Source of the DNA: Octopus vulgaris | Lineage: Eukaryota | Direction: 5' to 3' | Assembly (NCBI GenBank): GCA_951406725.2 | Contig: OX597831.1 | Location: forward strand, 38,254,001-38,318,000 | Length of the DNA: 64,000 nt | In this document: one piece after another, positions 43,116-55,947 of the stretch | Layout: the number at the start of each line of letters is the position of its first letter | Position numbering within the stretch: position 1 is the first letter of the stretch | Notes under the pieces: generated by a model | Told to the model about the DNA's origin: nothing | Databases searched by the model: none | The model's input: the letters and a program-made list of their open reading frames with translations, nothing else | Made by a program: the position numbers and the translations under genes

Positions 43116-43517
43116 GCCTTTACACAACTTCTAACGCTGGAGATGTAATACGCTGTCAGCTGTTCACTACCAGTGAACTAAGGGAACACCTCTTATTTTT
43201 CAAGCACCTTCCGGAGTATTCGAGCGGTTCCAAGCAGTGCTGTTTTCTGCAAGTGCTCCACCCTTATTTCAGCCCCTATTTATTGCACATACATCTCGAG
43301 ATTTTTGCTCACTGTTCCCAGGGCTCCGATAAGTATTGGTACTACTGCTACCTTTTTCATCGACCACAACTGCTTAACTTCCCAAGCTAACCTGTCATAT
43401 ATCACAACTTTTTCCTTCCTTATCACATATCTTGTTGTCAGCTGGGCATGCAAAATCTATGATCCAGCATAGTTTGTCTTCTTTTTCAATTAAGACTATG
43501 TTTGGCTTCCTATTCTA

Positions 43518-43520
<3 letters not shown>
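43115..43520 (-). mobile_element. R4/Dong-type LINE 3' end inside (TAA)n
   Basis: CWIIDFACPADNKICDKE..LAWEVKQLWSMKKVAVVPILIGALG..LQKTALLGTARILRKVLEK*; both flanks are TAA arrays. Confidence 0.92.
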
Positions 43521-43555
<35 letters not shown>

Positions 43556-44107
43556 GAGTGAGAGAGCAGTGCATGCCATCCAAGTGACATTAGGATGCAA
43601 ATATATGAAACCCAATATAGCCATTATGACTACCCGTCTGATAATGGTATACCAGGTACAAGTATCACAACCGTATATGAATGACATGATAATTTCATAT
43701 CAAAATAATTAGCGCATGATTTTGCAGGTGGGGCCCAGTTAGAATGTCCTTCAGGCTATGAACCCCTTCCCGCTCAAAAGATCTCTGACTAAGGTTTGTT
43801 TAAGGATGATGAATGAAACATTCATGATTCCAGAGGTGGATTATTCAAACCCCAAATAATTTCTCTCGGCACATGATTATTATGATGCTCCTCTAGTACT
43901 TCTGCTCGTGATCAGACGGGCAAATATCGCCAGCCACTAAAGGACTTGCTCAACTGCTTAAGTTCAAGTAACTGACAAGTAAATATGTGGTATCGAGCAG
44001 AATATTTGCTGTATCCCATCTTTTATACCAAGACGAAACATACATGTTAAGTCTTTCAATCTGTTATCAAAAGCGATAGGATCCCCTGCCTGATACAGAA
44101 TCAGGAC

Positions 44108-44110
<3 letters not shown>
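43556..44110 (-). mobile_element. ~590-bp non-coding repeat in (TAA)n, copy 2
   Basis: Colinear with copy 1, same termini. Confidence 0.9.
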
Positions 44111-44170
<60 letters not shown>

Positions 44171-44439
44171 TGTTGTTGTTGTTGTTATTGTTATCATTGT
44201 TAATATATAAAGGATTGAGGTACCAGAGTCAAAATTAAAAGAAGAGTGCCATTGTTATCTAGTGAACGATATTTCGACATTTTGTGTGTCTTCAACTGGT
44301 TCAAAAAATATATTTGTCAATCTACTTCATTTTGGTTAATATAGAAAGGATTGAGGTAACTCCTCCTGAAGATATACAGTCAAAATTAAAAGAACAGAGG
44401 CATTGTTATCTAGCGAACGATATTTGAAGACATACAAAC

Positions 44440-47400
44440 ATCCCGCAGAACCTTTTAAACTCACAGGATACAAACTGTGTTCGGTTATCAGAGACAATTA
44501 TATCCGGTACACCAAATTTTGCTAACGGCTCGTGTAACAAATTTATTACCGCATATGAGGTTGGACGTTTATACCTAGTGACTTCAGGTCATTTTGTGTA
44601 GCTGTGTACTACTATTAAGTAATAATATCCATTTACCGGGCCTGCAAAATCGGTATGCAATCGAAACTATGGTATTTTCAATTCCGGCCAAGTTTCATAT
44701 TTTGCTGTAGGCAGTTTGGCTGCCGGCGCATATCCTCTGCAGCCTTTTTCCAGGATTTCAACTTCTTTATCCATCTTTGGCCAATATACGAAATTCCGCA
44801 TCAGCGCTTTCATTCTAGGGATGCCTGAGTACCCTACATGGAACTCTTTTAGCATTCTCTTCTATAAAATCTGTGGTATAAACATCCTCTGAGCCTACAT
44901 TAGTACATCATCAGATATACAGTACACATTTACTTTGTATCAGACCCCTCTGTATTTCCTTTCGTTGACCACAGTTTTCTTTTTGTCTCACTAATAAATC
45001 CTTTCATTTCTCGCATTTATTTTTATTTTTTCCAAAGTTACTGGTAGTTCACGCACGATGACCCACGTCACTTTTTTTGTTTCTGCTTCCGCTCTTAGCA
45101 CTGCTATTATGGTGTCCTTCAGCGGTTCATTATTTCTAGGAATTAGCCTAGACAGAGCATCGGCATGCCCCAACTTCTTTTTAAGGCAGATATTCCATTC
45201 TACAATTGTAGCTTAATGGAATAGTGCCCACCCACTTTGCTTCAGTCTGTTTGCCGTATGTGTCGGGATTCCTTTCTTGGATCCGTATATCGTTATTAGT
45301 ACGTTTGCAACCAAAAACGTCTGCCGTGAATGAACCTGTGAAATTTTTTTCCCGCCAAATATAATAGCCAACGCCTCATTTTCAATCTGGCTATAGGTCT
45401 TTTCCACTGGCCTTGATGTCCTTGATATGTGAGCTATAGCCTTTCTCCTGTCCTCGTTATACTAGTGTAGGTGCACGGCTCCTACCCCATACTCGATAGC
45501 ATCGGTAGCTAGTATTACCTCTAAATTTGGGTCGAAATGCATATTTTAAATCGTCAAATGCTTTCTGGCATTTCTCTATTCAAATCCATTTGGTACTTTT
45601 TTTTTGATAATTCATTAAGTGGTGCCTTTACCTTAAGTATATTTGGTATATACGTTCGTCAGGGGCGGCATTTTTCGTATTGCCGTCGCCATTGATGGGT
45701 CCGGTCTGCGTTCACTTTCGTCGATTACTTAGGTATTTTATTTTGTTCATAAAACATTCGCATTTTTCTTCTGACAGTTCTAGTCCGTATTCAATTATTC
45801 TGTCGAATACTTTCTTTGTGTTCGACATGTTGAACCGGAGACTCGCTCATTATCAGAATGTCATCTAGGTATGCGATGGCGAAATCGCAATCACTTAACA
45901 TCGCATCCATTATTTCTTAGAATATGGCCGGTGTCATTCTTACTCCAAACGGCAGTCTTTGAACTTATACAATCCACGGTCCGTGGTGACTGTTAGTAGT
46001 TGTGTGCAATATTTCTCTAACTGAATTTGAAGGGTTGCCGCTGAGAAGTCTAACTTCGAAAAAACTTTCCCTCCGTTTAGTTAGGCAAATACTTTTTCTG
46101 GGCTTGGAATTGGGTAATTGTTTGTGAGTACACAGTCGTTTAACCCGGCTGAGAAGTCTGCGTACACTCTTAAATTATTATTATTTTACGTACACCGCGG
46201 GGTTGCCAAGTCTGAACGGTCAATCTTTTCAATTATATTCAGGCTTTCCAATCTTTCTAGTTCTTTATTGAGCTGGTCTACGGCTGCAAATGGCGCGTTC
46301 CGTTTTGGCCTGAAAGTATGTGTTGTATTTTCTTTGATAGCAATCCTTGCTTTTCTTTTCATGCAACAGCCTAATCCTTCCGAAAAATCTTTTGGGAAAA
46401 TTACTTTCATTTTTGTCTCAGTTCATCGACTTCGTTCGATCGTTTGACTGCTCCGTTTACGCTCTTTCACAAAGCGCTTAGAGATGTATCCCATAAATTA
46501 AAATTCTCCATACATTCGGTGCCAAATAAATTCATGGATGTTTTCAACACATAAACCTTCAGTTTTTGGTTCGACCTTTGAACATTATATTACAAACGCG
46601 TTCTCCCGTGAAATATAATTTTCTTCCCCTAACACCATACGTTATTTTGTTTGAACTAGATAATTTTAGTTTACCCATTCGTTCTTGAGTAAGCATATCT
46701 ATCCTAAATATTTCACATTCTTTGTTGATTGCCTGTATGAGTAATGAAGTGTTCATCTTCACTCTTTTCATCTAGTATAAAACAGTGAGCTCTTTTCACT
46801 AAACAGTTTGCACAAAATATCAAAGGTGAACTTTATATCGGACGCTTTTTGGGGGCAATATGAAGTTACTATAGTAATCATGCTCTGATGTCGTTAGTTT
46901 TCTCAAAACTACACACGTTTTTATTCCAATCGTCGAATCCTGATATACTTTTTCAAAAATGTATTGAAATCTTCGAAGGTACGCCTCGAATGTTACTCCT
47001 TCTTTGGGGTCAGATTTGAATTTACTGATGGAATTTGCTACATGGTCACGTGAAAATGTATTCTCTTGTTTGTTTATCAATTTCATCAGTTGTGACATTT
47101 TCTGCTGCAATCATTGTTGTTCTCGTTGTTCTTTGAATTGTTGTTGTTACTGCTTATGTACGGACGCATTTGTCCCAGCTAATAAGTGTTCCTTATTCTA
47201 CGATTTTCGTAAGTTTGCATAAGACTTTTGTTTCATTTTTGTCGAGGCATTTAATTTCCCATGTGAATTACTTTAAACTCTCCCTGTGAATTTTATTTAT
47301 TTTTTTCACTCCGCGTAAATTTGTTTTTCCACGTCACCACTCTTGTAAAGCGTTCTTTTGCCATTGTTGTATTTAGTTTTTGACAACGGTTATAGCTCTG

Positions 47401-47649
47401 ACACATATTGTTATATTCCGCAGTCATCAATAGAATGTTTCTGTCTGGCAGTGTACGACTCCCGGTCGTTCACTATTATTATCCTTAAAAGGTTGGGTCG
47501 TCATAACGTCCACTCACTATCACAGTCTAATTACTATATCAGCACAGACACGACTATCAACACAGTCTATACGTACTCTCGACTTTCTTTACCTTTTCTT
47601 GGTTCTCTTTATTATAGGCATAAAGCCTGAATTTAGAACGGACACCACA
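44440..47649 (-). mobile_element. Gypsy/Ty3 LTR retrotransposon, decayed and 3'-truncated
   Basis: Gag (FEAYLRRFQYIF), RT (AIAYLDDIL at ~45855-45880), RNase H (YSQIENEALAIIF), integrase (HVGYSG..RMKAL.R..VYWP; GVPDIIVSDN) in Gypsy order. PBS TGGTGACG at 47339-47332; putative 5' LTR TG..CA at 47649-47344. Confidence 0.92.
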
Positions 47650-47692
47650 AGGCCAGACAACACAAAACGTGGGGTAAATACAAACAAGTAAC

Positions 47693-48110
47693 GGATCTCT
47701 TCAGTTTCAACGGCAGTTTTTTTCTAGCGGTGTCATATGAAATTGTCACCCATAATTATGACCCTAGAATCGATCTATTGCATTTCAATCTCTTTTAGGG
47801 TTAGGGTTAGCGGTGGGGGAAGGGTATCTTTTTTCTTCACAAATGCAAATAAAGCCAATCTGTTTCTTAAACGAGGGACATATTCATACTGCACAGAATG
47901 CTTTTTAACTCAATAGACGTCACTGATTGGTCGAAATTGCAGAAATTGAAGAAAAAAAACAACAAGTATCTTACAAACTATAGAATTTTCTCAATAAAGC
48001 CAAGAGAAAAATAGATGTTTTATAAATACATTATACCAGTATACGAAGTTTAAAATTTTTTAGTTACCTAGAAATTATGTTAAAAACTGCCGTTCAAACC
48101 GAAAAGATCC
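47693..48110. mobile_element. MITE with ~29-bp terminal inverted repeats
   Basis: GGATCTCTTCAGTTTCAACGGCAGTTTTT versus AAAAACTGCCGTTCAAACCGAAAAGATCC; internal TTAGGG repeats; TSD unclear. Confidence 0.88.
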
Positions 48111-48349
48111 CAATTAACGAATAAATTATGAATTATGAAAATAATGAGAATGAAATGACTTTCCTACCCTACAAAGTAGGAAGTTCAATTTTGCTGTTTT
48201 TAAATGAGTAATTATTTTTCCAGTTTGTATCGTATTCACACTGTAAACTTTATTAAATCCTCGAAATCTATTACTGATGACAATTCGTCATATCTAAACC
48301 GTAATGTTGTTATTTCTATCCTGTATTCGAATATTTCTCACAAAATTCC

Positions 48350-49475
48350 TGCTCTATCATCTTCCAGCAACACTGCTTTCTCATTCCGTTCTTTTTGGCC
48401 AGCTTAATCCTTGTAACGCCTTTCATCTTAGAATACTTTTCTCTATTTCCACTCTATGCAACCATAACTCTTTCGTATCTACCCTTCGGTGGCTTTCTCG
48501 GCTGTATCACCTCACTCTCTGGCTCTGTGGTTGGAATTTCTATCACTATTTATTCCTCTTTCTCACTTTCTAGACTCTTCTTCCGTCTTTCCTCCTCCTT
48601 ACTAGTTGAAGGCTCTGGTCTTTGCGTTCGATCTCCCGTTGATACCACATTTTTTTCTTTTTTCGTCCTTATTCCCCTCCACCTTTCTTTTCATTTTTTT
48701 GGTGGAGATTCGCAGTCTTCGACATTTTCAGGACTTTCACGTCTTCTGTATTGTAGAGGATGGCTGCCACGAGCCATGCTTCGTGAATTTCGGGAGGCAC
48801 TCTCCCTATCGTTACTCTCCTCACGTTTGCCACAGTAAGTAGGTAACAGTGCCCACTCCGCCGATTTCAAGGCTATGGTGGAGTATTTCTTAGCTTCGTT
48901 CTCATTTACGAAGCGTACCTCCACCGTGCCGAAGTTTTGTCCTCTGGTGTAGCGTGGTTATTCCCTTTATCTCTTTTAAGCATTCCTTTACCGCTTCTAC
49001 GGCTGTTATATCCACCTTCTTTGTTGCAATATTCAAGGTTCCATATGTGATGGTTTTCCTTTCTGTGTTCTCAGTCACTTCATTCAGGGGTGTCAGCCTT
49101 AGTCACCCCCCTCCTCCTTCAACAAGGTGTTATACTTTTTAAAGTCTCTCTCTTTGACTTCCAATTCACATATCTGATGTAGCTCCGCTGACAGGCTTTT
49201 GCCCGTCACTGCAGCACAACTGCCTCTTTGTAATTCTGTATTCATAAAGACGTTAAACTTCCGCTTCACCCATAAATGGGGAAGACAAATAAATTTGTTT
49301 TTTAACAAACTCAAATAATCACAAATTCAAATAATCAAAATATTCAGCAATTCAGTAATTCAACAATTCCGTAATTCAAATTAACAAAACAATTACTCAT
49401 ATAGGGGCGAAATCAAGCACAATAACACCGGTAAAGACTTCAGTTTTCTCGGCCCAGAGACCCTTTTTACCTTTT
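48350..49475 (-). mobile_element. Tx1/L1-type LINE 5' UTR plus decayed ORF1
   Basis: VEVRFVNENEAKKYSTIALKSAEWALLPTYCGK, WLVAAILY and a Lys/Glu-rich tail; homologous to 11030-11420. Confidence 0.65.
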
Positions 49476-49933
49476 CTCGGCTAAATTTGAACTCACAACG
49501 TAACGGCAGACGAAATACCTATTTCTTTACTACCCACAAGGGGCTACACACAGAGGGGACAAACAAGTACAGAGAAACGGATTAAGTCGATTATATTGAC
49601 CCAGTGCGTAACTGGTACTTAATTTATCGATCCCGAAACGATGAAAGGTGAAGTCAACCTCGTCGGAATTTGAACTCAGAACGTAACGGCAGACGATATA
49701 CCTATTTCTTTACTATCCACAAGGCGCTAAACACAGAGAGGACAAACAAGGACAGACAAACGGATTAAGTCGATCATATCTACTCCAGTGCGTAACTGGT
49801 ACTTAATTTATCGACCCCGAAAGGATGAAAAGCAATGGCATCCTCGGCTGAATTTGAACTCAGAACGTAACGGCAGACGAAATACGGCTACGCATTTCGC
49901 CCGGCGTGCTAACGTTTCTGCCAGCTCATCGCC
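49476..49933 (-). mobile_element. SINE-A trimer (two type 2-tailed units plus a partial third)
   Basis: Junctions AAAGAAATAG|GTAT(A/T)TCGTC at 49702/49701 and 49519/49518. Confidence 0.92.
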
Positions 49934-50044
49934 TTTCCCTTCTTTACTTTTTCTTTCTTGTCGACAGGCTACTCGTCTATTCATAACGGCTGGCTACTAC
50001 CAATTTTTTTTTACTGGGAGGAGTGTACAGTTTCTCTATACAAC

Positions 50045-50240
50045 TGTTAGCACGCCGGGCAAAATACTTAGCGGCATTTCATTCCACTTCGCATTCTGAG
50101 TTCAAATACCACCAAGGTTCATTTTGCCTTTCATTCTCTCGAGGTTAAGAAAAATAAGTACCAGTCGAGTACTGGGATTGCTGTAATCTACTTTTCTCTT
50201 CCCCTGAAATAGGTGGACTTGTACCAAAATTTGAAACCAC
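50045..50240 (+). mobile_element. SINE-A, tail type 1', ends in (ATT)n
   Basis: GTTAGCACGCCGGGC.AAAT..GAGTTCAAAT..CCAAAATTTGAAACC. Confidence 0.85.
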
Positions 50241-50286
50241 TATTATTATTGTTATTATTATTATTATCATTGTTATTATTGTTATT

Positions 50287-50871
50287 GAGTGAGAGAGCAG
50301 TGCATGCCATCAAAGTGACACTGGGATAAAATATACGAAGACCACTATACCCATCATAACTATCAATCTGATAATGGTACACTAGGCACATGTATCACAA
50401 CCACATGTGCGCGACATGGTGATCTCATATCAAGATAAATAGCACATGACATTGCATGTGGGCCCCAGTTAGAATTTTCTTCTGGTCGAATAACCCATCC
50501 CGTTCAAAAGGTCCCTGAATAAGAGTTGTTTAAGGATCTTGAACGAAACACCCATGTTTCCAAACATCCATGTATTCAAACCCAAAACAATCCCTCTCAA
50601 CACATGGCTATGATGCTCCCTCACTACTTCTGCCCGTAATCAGGGATGAACATATCGTCAGCCACTATCTTTATCTTTATCTGTATCAAGTTTCAGCTCA
50701 CGAGCTGTGGCCATGCTGGGGCACCACCATTTGGGACATTCTCAACCGCTTAAGGTCAAACAACTGACAAGCAAATCTGTGGTATTGAGCAAAATATTTG
50801 CTGTAGCCCATCTTTTATACCAAGACAAGACAATGCACATGATAACACTTCCAATCAGTTAAGATCAGAAG

Positions 50872-50872
<1 letters not shown>
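50287..50872 (-). mobile_element. ~590-bp non-coding repeat in (TAA)n, copy 3 (truncated, with nested CR1 tail at 50668-50732)
   Basis: Colinear with copies 1 and 2 except for a 65-bp insert and ~35 bp missing at the right end. Confidence 0.9.
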
Positions 50873-50970
<98 letters not shown>

Positions 50971-50994
50971 GAATGTTATTATTTTTATTATTAC

Positions 50995-51207
50995 GGTGAA
51001 CTATCAGAACCATTCGCACGCTGAGTAAAATTCTTAGCGTCATTTCGCCCGTCTTGACTCTTTGTGTTCTAATTTCGGCGAGGTCCGCTTTCCTTTTCAT
51101 CATTTTAGGATCGATAAAATAAGTTCTAGTTAGGCACACGGTTCGATGTAACCGACTTTCCTCCTCCCCCGAAAATTGCTGGCTTTCAGCAAAAATTTGA
51201 AAAAACT
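50995..51207 (+). mobile_element. SINE-A, diverged, tail type 1'
   Basis: Body and CCTCCCCCGAAAATTGCTGGC..AAAATTTGAAA tail within ATT repeats. Confidence 0.8.
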
Positions 51208-51232
51208 ATTATTATTATTGGCGTTGTTGTTG

Positions 51233-51278
<46 letters not shown>

Positions 51279-53179
51279 CATCATTATTATTATCATTGTT
51301 ATTATCATTGTTTTTATTATTATTATTATTATAAAGTAGTTTCTTTGCATATATAAATTTATCAAGACGTTAAAATAAAGTGAATGAAATATGAAATACT
51401 ATTAAAATATATCAGAAATATTTCTCCTAATCAATATAGAATTAATAGGCTAAATAATTTTTATTCGGAAATAAAATCTCATTTGGGGGGCAAAAGTTTT
51501 GCAAAACGAAGCTATAAATTCCAATAAAACACGCATACACACTCATACACATACGCACACACATCCTCACACATACGGAAACACAATCGAACACAGACAC
51601 ATACACACATTGGCATAAACATGAACATGCCCACATATACATTGCTCAACAAACACATGCACACATAATCACACACACACACAGACACACACACAAACAT
51701 ACACACAAAGAGGATATTCTCAACACCATCATGAGAATCGTCATAATTATTACTATTATTATTGTTATTGTTAGGATATTGTCGTAGTTGTTGTTATTGC
51801 TGCTGTTGTTGTTGATGCTGCTGCTGCTGTTGTTGTTATCGTCGTTGTTGTTGTCGATAATGTTCTTATTGTTGTTATTAGTATTATTGATAATGTTATG
51901 GCGAGAAAAATAAATACCAAAAAACACAGAAGGAAGCCAAACTGACATTTCCAATATAATTTTGTTTAAGTAATGAATAATTCTCGAAATTATATGAATT
52001 TATTTTTTTAATGTATTTATATATTCAGACATCTCATAAATGAGCTAATTTATCAAAATCTGTTCCAACTGGTGCAAAAGCAGAGCAATTATGCCACTGT
52101 ATTCCATAGTATTTAAATTATGCAGGATGTAATATAGAATATTGCAATAAAATTGACGTAAGAGGAGAAGATAGAAATTGTATACAATATAATATACAAA
52201 ATATTTCAAAATGAAAGTTAGAATTAGCAATTACATCTCCCACCTTTCAAATCACGTCATATTATTTTAAAACAAGGTGGAACAGCATTTTAATTGAACA
52301 CTAATTAGCATTATACTCACAGGTCTCGGAGGGTTTATAAATATGTTAGGCATAGCCCTTTCCTCCTGACGCAGCAGGAAAATGTTGAAATTATATACCA
52401 AAGTTCTCATTAATAGAACCAAGGTTCGCAAAATCTTAAGCAATGCCCCTTCCTAAAGGTTCAACAATTTAAATTAAATCTTTTGATGTACATACCATTA
52501 AGTTCTTAGACAATCGTAATGGTTTGGGTTCGTATTGGTTATGAATTCTTTAATACTGTTGATTATTACCTGTTTGCCATAGTGTTAAAAAACAACAATG
52601 CCACAGAACATTACTGGATAGTAGGCCCAAGGCTGTGTTAATCATGTTAAATATAACAGCTATGTACCTCATACTTTAATTCACAACTAATCATCTTCAT
52701 AAAAATAGGAATGATGGACGACACATATGTAACTCTAGTCCTAGATACAAAATGATTCAGCAATATGAAGTGGATACATTTGTAATAGATTTTAGCATTA
52801 TGTTTGATCGGCGCTTGAGCTGGAGCAAACAAAAAGTAAAAGTGTTGATGGCGATGACGAGTCCAAAGTACAGAAATCCTATGCAAACCCACTCTGATAA
52901 TATCCCTCCACAAACGGGTAAAGCATAGGAAATTACTGCTTTTGTTATTGCCTCGTAACGTTTAGACTTTTGGCGACTCTGAAAGTGTAGGGTCACAGCC
53001 AGATTTCAAATCAAAGAGGAGAAACCCGAAAAGTATACCTGAAGACTCTCACTCTGAAGTAGTCACGCTTTCGCCAATTCAATGCGCTATGTAACTAGTT
53101 TATATCGCGTTGCTCACATGTGACTATCGTCCATCTTTCTTTTTCTCATGTGACCATCTTTCTTTTCCTGCACGGACGT

Positions 53180-53217
<38 letters not shown>

Positions 53218-53604
53218 ATCGTTTGTCTTTTCAAAAAATGCTTCTGCCAGCGTTCAATATTTCCCCTTCGTTCTTGTCTAATGACCCTCCATGTTTCTTT
53301 ACGTTCGGTTTCCTTGTATGTCTCAACTGTTCCCAACTTTGGCCAGTCATAAAACCTGAATTTTATTTCAGAATTTATAGGAGCAACTGTCTTTGAAGAC
53401 AAATATTGTCGTTGAATGCTCGAAATGAGGATTAATGAGACAGCCGAAAACTGATGAAGGGTCTTTTCTCTGTGTTTCCTTGTCCTGTTTTCTATTTTTT
53501 GTCGTTCACGTATTTCACTCTTTTTCCCTCGCTTATTTACGTATTTCATGTTATTTGCACTGTTGGTGACGTCCTGTACTCATAAATACACACAGACACA
53601 CACA

Positions 53605-54010
<406 letters not shown>

Positions 54011-54045
54011 ATATATATATGCATGTGTATGTATATATATATGTA

Positions 54046-54085
54046 CTAGCATTATAACCCGGCCTTGGTCAGGATTAAGTTAGGA
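54046..54085 (-). mobile_element. Helitron 3' terminus
   Basis: Minus strand: hairpin CCTGACCAAGGCCGGG followed by CTAG|T, same layout as 23813. Confidence 0.7.
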
Positions 54086-54581
54086 TTATTAAGCTAACCA
54101 AGCTATTTACTTCAAAGCAAACTAAGTAACATCGACTTCAAATCTAAGTGAAATCCGTTGAAATTCGTAAACTTTTGGCTGAAAGTTTGCACACAATTTG
54201 ATTCCTATAAGGAATCGGTTTATCGATTTTTGTTATCCTGATTCAATGGAAAGCCCCATAAGGAATAAGTTTATTGATTTTTCACCGCAAATAGGACTTA
54301 ACCGAACATTGCTGATTCAAAAACATATTTATACTTTTAAAGTTGATTTTCATACCCAACCCAGTTCTGCAGAATCAGTGTCGCGACGGGCGCGCATGAG
54401 TTGGGAGTTTGATCGGCAGAGGTGATCAGTTTGCAAATGCCAACCCTTTTGAAAACACCACCTCCATAATGTAAACCCACCTTTCCCATGGGTTGAGAAC
54501 CCTTCCAGCAAGGAAAATAGAACACCCAAAAGGGCCTCCGATCCTCTGTGTGAGAAGCGGTTATGCTCAGATCACAACGAA

Positions 54582-54627
<46 letters not shown>

Positions 54628-54680
54628 GTTTAAATATTTGTTGTGCAAGATTTTTTATGTGAAGTCGTGTGTTGAAACAG

Positions 54681-54750
54681 ATATTGTTATATTTCGGAAT
54701 GGTCATATTGCCAGTTTAGCTAAACTGGCAATATGACCATTCCGAAATAT

Positions 54751-54758
<8 letters not shown>
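54681..54758. repeat. Perfect 78-bp palindrome with no spacer
   Basis: 39-nt arms ATATTGTTATATTTCGGAATGGTCATATTGCCAGTTTAG / CTAAACTGGCAATATGACCATTCCGAAATATAACAATAT. Confidence 0.98.
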
Positions 54759-54834
<76 letters not shown>

Positions 54835-55119
54835 GCAAGACACGCACACACACTAACATATACGTACATACACCTATCGCATACACGTTTTTGCACGCCT
54901 TTGCCCATGCCACTATCCCACCACAACCTCCTACACGAGTAATGCCATTATTTGAAGCACATTTGGCACCGGGGCGTAAGCTTTATAAGAGGAATAGAGG
55001 GTCCTACCTTCTCCTGCATAGATGTGCGAGTCAGATCTCTCCTTTCGAAAACATGAACAGTTTCGAAACATTGTTTACAAAATAATAGCTGATCGTTTGC
55101 GAAGGAGCGTGTCTACAGT

Positions 55120-55259
55120 CAACACGTAGGTCTTTTGCTCTGGTAACCTCTGATCTCTCCCATGTTCACGCACGACCAGCTATATATCACAATGAGTAGA
55201 GCAACGGATTCAGCTAATTTGGAAATTAGTTGTGGAGAAACGGTGAATATCGTTTATAT

Positions 55260-55260
<1 letters not shown>
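55120..55260 (+). mobile_element. Helitron RepHel PIF1-type helicase C-terminal remnant
   Basis: PMFTHDQLYITMSRA..ETVNIVY matches P.FSHGQLYVA.SR..T.N(I/V)VY. Confidence 0.8.
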
Positions 55261-55306
<46 letters not shown>

Positions 55307-55395
55307 GGGCAATACACACACATTGCATACATGAGTTTTGTACGCATACATGCTCGTGTGTGTGACTGAAGCCCTTCACACATACATACATACAT

Positions 55396-55947
55396 GGTGG
55401 CTTCCCCCTCGTTATCGAGTATGACCATTGCACGGAGCTTAATCAATGTTGTTATCGTGCAATGCCTGTGCAAGAAGATACTTTTTTAAGTGAGGAAAGG
55501 CTGTGCACTGAGTCAATCCCACTCACTAAGCAACAGCAACAATAATCCGAAAAGAAGAACAAGTCAATATAATCGGTAACCACTGAACCGCAGGTTTTAT
55601 GTCGGAGTTATCCCAGTTACCTGAGTTGCCTTCTCCTAGAAGGATGCCCTGACAAAGGCTAGGAGTCCTTCACTCCCAATGGTTTAATTGCGCGATCGGG
55701 TATTCAATCCGATTATTTCTATGTCCTCGTGCATGATACAACTTTAAGACATTTATTGGATGGCCGTTGACTCTCAGGAGTTCCTCCGCCCTTTGACGGG
55801 TTTTGTCTTTCATCCCGCAGGGTGACCAATAAACACACCCCTCACCAAGCGAGCTTGGTGGGGTTGCGGGTTTAGTCGCCGACGACCCGACCATGCAACA
55901 TGTAGTAGTGGGTTACATGTTACCAGTAGCACTCGAAAGTGACCTGA
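55396..55947 (-). mobile_element. Non-autonomous RTE-derived (bipartite) element in (CATA)n
   Basis: RTE 5'-UTR-like blocks (GGCGACTAAAC, AAAACCCGTCAAAGGGCGGAGGAAC, CTAGGAGAAGGCAACTC) joined to a short RTE-like 3' end; (CATA)n on both sides; no ORF. Confidence 0.65.

Noticed and set aside
49476-49933. CRISPR-like or satellite interpretation of the repeated units
   Set aside because: The units are ~183-bp SINE bodies without unique spacers, in a eukaryotic context with no cas genes.
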